NCBI RefSeq assembly: GCF_006345805.1
Contig: NW_021823775.1
Span: forward strand, 1-21,130
Reading direction: 5' to 3'
DNA: 21,130 bases
Source of the DNA: Octopus sinensis
Lineage: Eukaryota
Of this stretch, positions 10,325 through 19,810 are shown one piece after another; position 1 is the first letter of the stretch; each line of letters opens with the position of its first letter. A model generated the notes under the pieces. It was not told the origin of the DNA. It made no database searches and saw only the letters and a program-made list of their open reading frames with translations. A program made the position numbers and the translations under genes.

Positions 10325-10582
10325 AAAGCCTTGTGAGTGGATTTGGTAGACGGAAACTGAAACAAGCCCGTTGTATATATGTATATGTGTCTGTGTCTGT
10401 CCCCCCAACATCACTTGACAACCGATGGTGGTGTGTTTATGTCCCTGTAACTTAGCGGTTCGGCAAAAGAGACTGAAAGAATAAGTACTAGGCTTCCAAG
10501 GAATAAGTCCTGGGGTCGATTTACTCGACTAAAGGCAGTGCTCCAGCATGGTCGCAATCAAATAACTGAAACAAGTAAAAGA
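10178..10582 (+). mobile_element. SINE family A with an extra (TA)n expansion
   Basis: Aligns with 3359-3780. A (TA)n run of about 26 units (10271-10322) sits where the other copy has agccccgggccg. Confidence 0.88.
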
Positions 10583-10805
10583 TTATGTATGTATGTATGT
10601 ATGTATGTATGTATGTAGTAATAATAATAATAATAATAATAATAATAGGAGGGAATATAACTCCAAAACTTACTGGGAAAGATTCAATTTAACAATTTTA
10701 TATACATAATATATGTATATAATTTAGAGAAAATCCTCTGTTAAACGATTCAATAAAGAAAGATGTTATTCGCATCATATAGAAAACATATACTATAAAA
10801 AAAAC

Positions 10806-12190
10806 ATCATCATCATCATCGTTTAACATCCACTTTCCATGCTAGCATGGGTTGGATGATTTGACTGAGGACTGGCGATCCAGATGGTTGCACCAGGCTC
10901 CAATCTTGATCTGGCAGAGTTTCTACAGCTGGATGCCCTTCCTAACGCCAACAACTCTGAGAGTGTAATGGGTGCTTTTATGTGCCACCGGCATGGGGGC
11001 CAGCCAGGCGGTACTGGCAACGGCCATGGTCAAATGGTGTTTTTTATGTGCCACCTGCACAGGAGCCAGTCCAGCGGCACTGGCAATGACCTCATTCAAA
11101 TGTTTTTTCACATCCCACTGGCACAAGTGCCAGTAAGGCGATGCTGGTAATGATCATACTCAAATGGTGCTTTTTACGTGCCACCGGCATGGAAGCCAGT
11201 TAGCTCCTCTGGCAATGATCACGCTCGGATGGTACTCTTAGCACTCCACTCGCACGGATGCCAGTCATTGAATTTGATTTCAGTTTCACTTGCCTCAACA
11301 GGTCTTCGCAAGCAGAGTTTTGTGTCCAATGAAGGAAAGCTACGCATAAGTGGGCTGGTTACACCCCTGGCATAGGTCACGAGATTATGGTCTCACTTGG
11401 CTTGCTGGGTGTTCTCACACACAACATATTTCCAAAAGTCCTGGTCACTACTCATTGTCTTGGTGAAGCCTAATGTTCGAAGGTCATGCTTCACCACCTC
11501 ATCCCAGGTCTTCCTTGGTCTACCTCTTCCACAGGTTCCCTCAACTGCTAGGGTGTGGCACTTTTTCACACAGCTATTCTCATCCATTCTCGCCACATGA
11601 CCATACCAGCGCAGTCGTCTCTCTTGCACACCACATCTGATACTTCTTAGGTCCAACTTTTCTCTCAAGTTACACTCTGTCGAGTATGCACACTGACATT
11701 ACACATCCACCAGAGCATACTGGCTTCATTCCTTGCGAGCTTACGCATGTCCTCAGCATGTAGCATGGCTGTTTATACACATACATCATACAGTCTACCT
11801 TTTACTCTGGGTGAGAGGCCTTTTATCACCAGCAGAGGTAAGAGCTCTCTGAACTTTGCCCAGGCTATTCTTATTGTAGCAGCTACACTTTTAGAGCACC
11901 TACCCCACTACTGAATTGGTCACCTAGGTAACGGAAGCTATCAACTATTTCTAGTTTTTCTCCCTGGAATCTGGTGGAAGCTGTTTTCTGCATATTTTCA
12001 GTGTTTATTTCGTCTGAGCATCTGCCACATACAAAAAGTATCTTCTGAGTTAGCCTTCCTTTGATATTGCTGCACCTCTTATGTGTCCATAGCTTACACT
12101 GAGCATATCTTATAGAGTTTCTACCTACGCCTGATAGTGACTCAGCAATTAGAGCAAGGTCATCAGCATAGAACAGCTCCCAGGGCATCC
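10806..12190 (-). mobile_element. 5'-truncated, internally deleted RTE-clade LINE (RT remnant, C-terminus, 3' UTR)
   Basis: PWELFYADDLALIAES (RT YADD motif), VDSFRYLG, RRLRWYGHVARM...GRGRPRKTW. The 3' UTR has ~65-bp subrepeats and a (GAT)n tail ending at 10806. Confidence 0.95.
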
Positions 12191-12262
12191 TTATTCTAAA
12201 AATCAATAAAGTTCAATATTTACTGTTTACTATTTATTGTACTTTATTGATTTTTAGAATAA
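12191..12262. repeat. 72-bp near-perfect hairpin
   Basis: Arms 12191-12218 and 12235-12262 are 27/28 complementary, with a 16-nt loop. Confidence 0.95.
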
Positions 12263-12574
12263 TGTGTTTTTTTTTTATAGTATATGTTTTCTATATGGCG
12301 TGAGTAACATCTTTCTTTATTGAATTGTTTAATAGAGGTTTTTCTCTAAATTATACACACACACACATGTTGGTTTTCTTATGTCCCTGGAACTTAGTGG
12401 TTCAGCAAAAGAAATTGATAGACTAAGTAACAGGCTTAAAAAATATGTACTGTGGTTAATTTTTTTAAACTTAATTTTGTTGCGGCTGTGCCTAATGACT
12501 GTGAAATAAATAAATATGTGTGTGTACATACATACATACATACGTATGTACGTCCGTCCGTCCGCCTGCATGTG

Positions 12575-12740
12575 TACCATTGGCGATTTTATCCTCCGTC
12601 TTCCCTTCCTTGGATCTTTATTTTTCCTATGTTTCTGACGAAGAGCTCTCCTCGAAACGTTAAATCCTTCTTTTTTTCCTTTCCTGAGCGTCCAATAATA
12701 CTATACTTGTTCCACGTCCTTGCATTGTTTTGGATTAATG
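12575..12740 (+). mobile_element. Penelope-like pLTR fragment inside a (CATA)n tract
   Basis: Pyrimidine-rich segment carrying ctgacgaagag...ctcgaaacgtt, bounded on both sides by (CATA)n. Confidence 0.55.
12631..12665 (+). ncRNA. Minimal type I hammerhead ribozyme motif
   Basis: gttt-CTGACGA-a-gag ctctc ctc-GAAA-CG-TT-aaat: ACGT palindromic stem III, GUU triplet, 4-bp stem I including a G.U pair. Confidence 0.5.
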
Positions 12741-13279
12741 ATATATATATACATACATACATACATACATACATACATACATACATACATACATACATAC
12801 ATGTATATACACACATACACATGCACATACATATGGTTCAAATGTCTAGAAAACAAGCCTGAGAAAAATGAAGGAACAGCAAACAGGTGTTTTAGTTTGT
12901 CACTCAGAAAAGATGGAAATGTTTTTGGCATTTTGGGCCTATGTCTTTCGACAGAAAAGGATGATCGGCAAAAAACTGAGGGGAGAGAGAAAAAAGACAA
13001 ACCATGTTGGGGTTAATGTTTCTACATGTTGAAATGAGCTGAGGGAAGAGGCTAATGGAAGGGGAGATAAGAGGGACCCAGCTAGACTGCAGCATGCAAG
13101 TGCATATGTGTGTGTGAGTATATATGTGTGTGTGAGAGGCAAGCACAGTTTATGTATGTGGAGGGCAAACTTGTGTCAAAATCAGAATAATATCCGTGGG
13201 GCAGCCAATGATGGAGGTATGCTGGATAGTTGGCATGACTGTTTTTGTATATGTGGAATAGTATTATAACACATCCTTT

Positions 13280-13316
<37 letters not shown>

Positions 13317-13394
13317 GCATGAATGGGTGGATTGTTGCATGTTGTGTTGTATATATGTTATGTTCAAATAGGTACAAGAATAGTTGTGTATAGA

Positions 13395-13555
13395 TGCAGG
13401 CATGGCTGTGTGATTAAGAATTTGTTTTGCACCCACAGTTTTTGAGGTTCAGTTCGACTATGCAGAAGTTTGAGTGCTTTCTGCTACGACTCAAGGCTGA
13501 CCAATGCTTTATGGGTGAATATCAAGAAAGAAAAACTGTGTAGAAACTTGTCAAA
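13395..13555 (+). mobile_element. Old SINE family A head
   Basis: gcagggcatggctgtgtgattaagaa...ggttcagttc...caaggctgaccaatgcttt. Confidence 0.55.
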
Positions 13556-13710
13556 ATTCATATGTATGTGTGTTTGTGTGTGTGTGTGTTTCCCTTCTTG
13601 ACAAATCATGTAGGGTTGTTTATAGACCTATGACTTAGCTGTTGAGGAAAAAATTTAGCCCGATAGATTAATTTTCAGACTTATCTCTTTAGCATTTAAT
13701 CTAGCCTCTC

Positions 13711-13933
13711 CAGGGTGTAGCTAGGGTAAAATAGGGTAAAGATCAAATAAGAGCATCTATTTTGTCTAGTGTCATGGGTGGCAATAAGCAAAACAGACCA
13801 TGTCTGAAAAGGTTAAAAAAAATATTTTTAATGGCTTAATTAGAAAATGATCTTGGCCAAAATTGTGCCCACCTTCCCTCAAAGAGGCGCCCAGGGCATG
13901 TGCCCTGCTTGCCTTACCCTAGCTATGCAACTG
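13711..13933. mobile_element. hAT-like MITE
   Basis: Imperfect TIRs cagggtgtagctagggtaa / ttaccctagctatgcaactg. The 8-bp flanks agcctctc / ggtctcac match at 5/8. Confidence 0.5.
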
Positions 13934-14057
13934 GGTCTCACACCTACCAATATGTACCAGTTGAGTACTAGGGTCAATGTAATCGACTAGCCCTCCCCCA
14001 CTGAACTCGATAGTCTTGTACCAAAATTTGAAATCAATATGTTGGGAAGATCTTATA

Positions 14058-14278
14058 CTGGTAGTACCACTTATAAACTACAATACTGGTAGTACCACTC
14101 ATAAACTACAATACTGGTAGTACCATTTATAAACTACAATTCTGGTAGTACCATTTATAAACTACAATTCTGGTAGTACCATTTATAAACTACAATTCTG
14201 GTAGTACCATTTATAAACTACAATTCTGGTAGTACCATTTATAAACTACAATTCTGGTAGTACCATTTATAAACTACA
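14058..14278. repeat. 28-bp minisatellite, 8 units
   Basis: Unit starts at 14058, 14086, 14114, 14142, 14170, 14198, 14226 and 14254. Confidence 0.97.
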
Positions 14279-14290
14279 CATCTACTTTAA

Positions 14291-14505
14291 CCCTTCTGCT
14301 ACTGTGTTTCTATCAAAAATACACTACGTTTGGTTCAATTTATTTTGAAAAATAATGAATTTAGTAGAACTGGCTGACTGAAACTGGTGTTGGCAACATA
14401 AATTAGCCTAAAACTTGAACTGAAGGTTTATAATTGTAGATAATTGTAAGAAAGGAAGTTAGTATAGAGCAACAACAGTCTCACTTAGATTCGTATCAAA
14501 ACCCG
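14291..14505. mobile_element. piggyBac-type MITE (duplicated copy of 6503-6718)
   Basis: TTAA flanks at 14287-14290 and 14506-14509, lying within the duplication. Confidence 0.7.
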
Positions 14506-14929
14506 TTAAAGAGAATATTTATTTAAATGCTTCCTCCATAAAACAAAACATCTAGAAAGCTGTCATAATATGCATATCGTGGTTCTATGAAAGCCAATGA
14601 TGAAGTATGAGAAGTTGAAGGATTAAAGAAACCCGTCTTGATAATGAATTAATCCCTTCCATGACAAAGACATGAAATGAGCTGTACTGCTTGGTTAATT
14701 CAGCTCTGGCATTGATGTCCCAAGATAATGCCTGATTAATTCAAAATAATTTCAGTAGATAAGGGTTACATTTGACTGTGTAATCTGAATGCTAAAGAGT
14801 TTGAATAAATCCAAGGGGCAATTTGTTTAAGAAAACCCTTGAAAGTGGTGTCCCATCATGGCCACAGTCCAATGACAGAAACAAGTAATATGATAAAAGG
14901 ATATTGTTGTACATAAGTGTGTATGTGGG

Positions 14930-14938
14930 GGGGGGGGA

Positions 14939-14972
<34 letters not shown>

Positions 14973-15030
14973 GAGTGTGAGTGTGTGTGTGAAAGAGAGT
15001 GTGAGTGTGTGTGTGAGAGAGAGAGAGAAA

Positions 15031-15075
<45 letters not shown>
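14930..15075. repeat. Compound (TG)n/(AG)n microsatellite
   Basis: Read directly. Includes a 24-bp higher-order repeat gtgtgtgtgaaagagagtgtgagt. Confidence 0.95.
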
Positions 15076-15270
15076 TGTATTCAAAGCACACCGATGGACC
15101 AAATGCTACAAACAAACAAACACAACTGAAAACAATACCTTTGCTGATAAATTAGGTAATAAATTAGCATTACATTTGATGGAGTAATGCTTAAGGGTTA
15201 AGAATATCACAGATGGAAGAGATAGATGGCTGCACCAATCATTGGTTGCTATCCAATTACAGTAGTGTAG

Positions 15271-15451
15271 GGAGAGTTTACGAAAAAAACAGAAGACGAA
15301 GACAGGTGGTGTAGGAAACAAACAGATGTATTAGTATAACGTTCGGGAATAGAAAATTTCTTTTACGTTTCGAGCCTATGCTCTTCTACAGAAAGGGACA
15401 CAGAAAAAACAAGGAGAGAAAAAAAATGTGTGTAGTGGCTAACAATCTATC
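15271..15451 (-). mobile_element. 181-bp Penelope/retrozyme-like insert with a 13-bp direct repeat
   Basis: tacagtagtgtag at 15258-15270 and 15452-15464 flanks a segment containing a hammerhead-like motif. Confidence 0.65.
15360..15395 (-). ncRNA. Hammerhead-like motif with variant core
   Basis: Reverse complement: cttt-CTGTAGA-a-gagc atag gctc-GAAA-CG-TA-aaag. Stems I and II are perfect, but core A6 is U. Confidence 0.45.
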
Positions 15452-15489
15452 TACAGTAGTGTAGACTGGACCAATGTGAAAAAAAGTGA

Positions 15490-15585
15490 CATGCTCAAGT
15501 TTACAACTCACTTTCTTATCCAGGCATTGAACCTACGACATCATGATAGTGAGCCCAACATTCTAACTACCAGACGTGCACTTTT
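15490..15585 (-). mobile_element. Degenerate tRNA-like SINE head (family C)
   Basis: Reverse complement gtggtagttagaatgttgggctc-like A box, ggttcaatgcc B box, ttgagca core. Similar to the 16790-16830 / 17241-17289 pieces. Confidence 0.45.
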
Positions 15586-15658
15586 ATTCAAGGATACACT
15601 GTGTGAATAATTTTGAACTCAGCCCCTTAATCACTAGGCCACACAATACTTTCACATA

Positions 15659-16067
15659 CTCTTACTCTTTTACTTGTTTCAGTCATTTGACTGCGGCCAT
15701 GCTGGAGCACCGCCATTAGTTGAGCAAATCGATCCCGGGATTTATTCTTTGTAAGCCCAGTACTTATTCTGTCGGTCTCTTTTGCCGAACCGCTAAGTGA
15801 CGGGGACGTAAGCACACCAGCATCGGTTGTCAAGCAATGCTAGGGGGACAAACACAAACACACAAACATATACAAATACATATACATATATATACATATA
15901 TACGACAGGCTTCTTTCAGTTTCCGTCTACCAAATCCACTCACAAGGCATTGGTCGGCCTGGGGCTATAGCAGAAGACACTTGCCCAAGATGCCATGCAG
16001 TGGGACTGAACCCGGAACCATGTAGTTGGTTAGCAAGCTACTTACCACATAACCACTCATGTGTCTA
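15659..16067 (-). mobile_element. Full-length SINE family A
   Basis: Near-identical inverse of 3359-3780. Candidate 7-bp TSD tcacata (15652-15658, 16068-16074). Confidence 0.92.
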
Positions 16068-16349
16068 TCACATATCTAAGGTTGGCATGTGATGGGCTCA
16101 AGTACTAGGGAGCACCCCCAGGGCAAATATTATGGATACAATCACTGCTTGCAGACCAAACCATTAAAATAAAACAAAAAAAGTTCAAACTAAATGAAAG
16201 ACATTTATTAAAGAAGATTTTACTCTACGTGAATAAACGTTATCAATTAAAAAAAAAATTTATGAAATAAATGAACTACATAATAACAGTGATTGGTTAG
16301 TAACCTAGCAACAATCATTTGGTAGAGAGTTGAAGGGAGTGAGACTTAA

Positions 16350-16571
16350 CCCTTTTGTTACCAATCCGCCTGAAACCGCCTCTGGTTTTGTAGTAGAAAT
16401 GTCTTGTTTTCAAAAGTTCTGAATTAAAATTTTCTGTCTAACCTTAGCCACAATTTATGTTCCTAACACTAGCTTAATGATAAATAAGTTATTTTACTAA
16501 ATTCTTTGTTATATTTAAAATTAATTGAAAGAAACTGAGAGCATCTCAACAGAAATATGGTAACAATAGGG
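16350..16571. mobile_element. piggyBac-type MITE
   Basis: TTAA|cccttttgttacc ... ggtaacaataggg|TTAA: 13-bp TIR matching at 12/13, with TTAA TSD. Confidence 0.9.
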
Positions 16572-16621
16572 TTAAAGAGAGAAAACGAACATTAAAATAT
16601 AATTTAGACACTCTTAGGTTT

Positions 16622-17289
16622 GTTTGAGCCTTAGGCCTCATACGACCGGCCTCTAACCTGGTCTTCATGGCATATCAGTGACTGATATCACAATAGAAGA
16701 CTGGATAGGGTGCTAGTCTATTGAAGAGTTAACTTCCAAGCTATCATTGGAACTTATCTACAGCTAAATGCATTGGGGCATTGTGGAATGAAGTGTTTTG
16801 CTCAAGATATCCAATCTGGGAATTGAAAATTATTTCATTATTGCCCACAAGGGGCTAAACATAGAGGGGACAAACAAAGTTAATGACATCAACCCCAGTG
16901 TGTAACTGGTACTTTATTTATCGACCCCGAAAGGATGAAAGGCAAAGTCGACCTCGGCGGAATTTGAACTCAGAACGTAACGGCAGACGAAATACCTATT
17001 TCTTTATTACCCACAAGGGGCTAAACACAGAGGGGACAAACAAGGATAGACATAGGTATTAAGTCGATTACATCGACCCCAGTGCGTAACTGGTACTTAA
17101 TTTATCGACCCCGAAAGGATGAAAGGCAAAGTCGACCTCGGCGGAATTTGAACTCAGAACGTAACGGCAGACGAAATACCGCTAAGCATTTCGCCCGGTG
17201 TGATAACGTTTCTGCCAGCTCGCCGCCTGGAATTGAAAATGATCTTACAATCATGAATGCAGTGCCCTAACCACAAAGCCATGTACCTT
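16622..17289 (-). mobile_element. Old SINE family C interrupted by a family B insertion
   Basis: gaagtgttttgctcaaga...ggaattgaaaat continues after 17240 as gatcttacaatcatg...ccctaaccacaaagcc, the reverse of a tRNA-like head. Confidence 0.55.
16831..17228 (-). mobile_element. SINE family B composite (full unit plus truncated unit) with 12-bp TSD
   Basis: ggaattgaaaat at 16819-16830 and 17229-17240. Full unit at 16997-17228 is fused to a unit lacking the first 48 nt (16831-16996). Confidence 0.92.
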
Positions 17290-18310
17290 TGTGTTGTTGA
17301 GAAGAAGGTGATAAATAACATGGATAAAGTTCATTTAAAGAAAAAAAATCATAAACAGCAATAGATAAACTTTACTACTTAATTAAATCTGCCAATTTAT
17401 CATCTTATATTCATTCTATTTTATTTTGTTCACTTTCCTTCCTCTTTGCCGCCTTACAACTCATCACCTTTCCATTTTTACCTTTTCTTCTCCCCCCCCC
17501 CCCATCACCTCCTCCACTTATCTCGAGGCATCTGTTTCTCTTTAATCACACTGAATGTCTTCTGCTTTACTTTAACTTACTGTTTTCAACATTTTACTTT
17601 CTTACATTCTGATTTAAGATCAAACTGATTGTTGCTAAGTTACTAACCAACCAATCACTATTCTTACGTAGCTCATTTATTTCAGAAAAAGCTTTTTTCT
17701 TTTTCTTGTTTTTTTTTTTAAGAATTGATAACATTTATTTATGTAGAGTAAAATTTTTCTATAATAAATGTCTTTCTTTTAGTTTGATTTTTTTCTTTTT
17801 TTCTTATAATGGTCTGGTCTGCAAGGAATGTGTTTGTATCCATGATGTTTGCCCTGGGGTGGTCACTGGTACTTGAGCCCATCACATGCCAACTTTAAAA
17901 TCAAAGCCATCTAACTGAAGCAGAGTCGATATAACAGCATGTGACTGCTTTCCAGTCGTTGCAAATAAATATACAAAATTTCTATCAAAGTCTTGTTTTC
18001 CTCATGTAGTAAATCTTATCTTATCCATGTGTCGCATGCTCTGCCTGTATGCAAGAAACACAACTGCATTCACAGGTTTTCTGACACTGTTGTGCTAGTG
18101 AGATAAATCAAAACAATTATCTCCTTGAATAATTAAATATAAATTTTTCTTGTTTGCATCTATTTTTTTTATCCCAGCAAACCCAGTCTTGTTGAATATG
18201 TCAAAAATGAAAGACAGAGCTGGAATTTAATAACTATGTTTTAAAATGTTTTTTTAAAGAATTTTTAGTATTGATTGTTTGTTTGAGAAATAGGTATCAT
18301 GTAAAAAAAA

Positions 18311-19015
18311 ACACTGATGATGGTGCCATGTAAAAAGCACCCAATACACTCTGTAAGAAATACACCTGTTAAATAAAAGTATGGAGTGCAAGTGTAATTT
18401 CAATAAAGAACAAAATAAGAATTTTTAACACTAGCGTAAAATCGGTGTTATTGTATGGGGCTGAGACATGGCGAACAACAGTTAAGTCAAATAAGCAAAT
18501 ACAATCATTCATCAACAGATGCTTGCGTAGTATACTTAAAATTAGATGGCTCCAACACATAAGCAATATGGAGCTATGGCAAAGAACAAATCAGATTAGG
18601 GAGCAAATATTTAAGAAAAAGTGGAAGTGGATTGGTAGCACAATTAGAAAAGACACACCAAATGTAGCGAAAAGTGCTTTAAAGTGGAAACCGGTTGAAT
18701 ATAGAAAGAGAGGTGGGCCTAAGAACTCGTGGTGGAGATCAACACAAAAGGAACTTGAGAAAGGGGGACATTCATGGCAGAGTATAAGTACAGAAACCAA
18801 AAATTATGCGACATGGAATTCAACTATAAGTGGCCTATACTCCGCGTTGGAGGGCTAAAGGCAGGAAAAAAAAAACACTCTGTAAAGTGGCTGACATTAG
18901 GAAGGGCAACCGGCTATAGGAACACAGACTATGGCACCTGGTGTGGCTCCTGGTCTTGCCAGCTCCTGTGAGACCACCCAACCTATACCATAATGAGATA
19001 CAAACATTAAATGAA
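18311..19015 (+). mobile_element. RTE-type 3' tail repeat split by a LINE insertion
   Basis: ggtgccatgtaaaaagcacccaatacactctgtaa | agtggctgacattaggaagggc... rejoins to give the same sequence as 8200-8390. Confidence 0.75.
18357..18874 (+). mobile_element. 5'-truncated RTE LINE (SR3/Perere-3-like) with poly(A) tail and 11-bp TSD
   Basis: Open frame 18373-18858: KIRIFNTSVKSVLLYGAETW...FINRCLRSILKIRW...KKWKWIG...RKRGGPKNSW. A-tail at 18866-18874. TSD acactctgtaa at 18346-18356 and 18875-18885. Confidence 0.93.
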
Positions 19016-19635
19016 GAATCATCTCACAAATTATAGTTACTATACATCTGAGGGTGGGTGAGAGACTAAATAACTAAAGAGGAATGAAGTGTAGAAGTTT
19101 GAAATTTCTGTTGACACATATTAATCAAGAATTGTTAAGTCCACACCTGAACAATAGTAATTTGAATTACTTATTTGTTGCTCTTGATTCAACAGATCAA
19201 AGACATTCCAGCTGTGACCATCTCATCTTTTATTCAGATGTTCTAACTAGAATAACATTGTCTAATGTATAGTATAATGTAGTTAGTGTTAGTGCTTGTA
19301 ATCTTAACCCAGGTGACCTATGACCAAAGGTGTCCCATCTCTATCTAACCTGTATATCATCCAGACTTAGTTTATCAAAGACTACATTGTCTAATGTACA
19401 GTGTAGCAGGTAGTATTTGTGACAATTGTTTCTATGTTTCCACTTCAGATATGATACAACAGAGTAGATATTCCAGGCTCAACCATCTGATATTCCTTTT
19501 TTTTCTTTCTCAGATATAGTGTATCCAGAATTACATTATTTAGTGTATATTTCTTTTTATTAGTTTTTACACAATATTATTTGAGAGAGATTTATTGCTT
19601 TTTGTTACAATTCGAGTAATAGCAAGCAGATTCCA

Positions 19636-19810
19636 CCACCACCACCACCACCATTGTCGTCATCATCATCATCATCATCATTTTTGCATCTGTTTTTCAT
19701 ATTGACATGAATTAGACAGATAGACGAGAACCAGTACATCTAAGGGCTATGCCTTGCTTCTGTGTCTTCATTTTGGCAGGATTTTTTAGCTTGATGTCCT
19801 TCCTAATGTT
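19636..19810 (-). mobile_element. Old RTE-type tail repeat
   Basis: (CAC)n(CAT)n tail followed by degenerate ...gatgtccttcctaatg. Confidence 0.5.

Larger units (their letters stand above)
13954..14711 (+). repeat. Direct duplication, copy 2 (758 bp)
   Basis: Matches 6278-6928, with 4 extra 28-bp units, five 1-bp deletions and a few substitutions. Confidence 0.97.
16079..17895. mobile_element. Non-autonomous element with ~240-270-bp inverted ends, carrying nested insertions
   Basis: 16079-16321 aligns with the reverse complement of 17622-17895 (gttggcatgtgatgggctcaagtac...gtgattggtt...agcaacaatca). TA lies on both outer flanks. Confidence 0.75.

Noticed and set aside
10970-11235. CRISPR-like array of ~65-bp units beginning tggtgctttttacgtgccaccggca (also at 2760-2920 and 8050-8215)
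   Set aside because: The units are similar along their whole length with no unique spacers, there are no cas genes, and they lie in the 3' UTR of a eukaryotic RTE LINE.
12720-13146. ORFs extending into unique sequence (WFKCLENKPEKNEGTANRC...)
   Set aside because: They start in a microsatellite and have no motif or convincing splice-site pair.
8718-15155. Many ORFs rich in YI/HT/CV repeats (e.g. 8746, 9766, 9917, 10114, 12452, 12720, 14792, 14904; likewise 20669)
   Set aside because: They are translations of (TA)n, (TG)n and (CATA)n microsatellites and SINE bodies.
18178-18293. Strong plus-strand acceptor (tttttttatcccag|) with a downstream AG|GTATCA
   Set aside because: All three frames stop before the donor, and nothing else supports an exon.
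1394-18325. Other CTGATGA/TCATCAG hits (about 1396, 4215, 7785, 12160, 18314)
   Set aside because: None has a stem II plus GAAA plus NUH arrangement. The 12160 hit is just the RT YADD codons.
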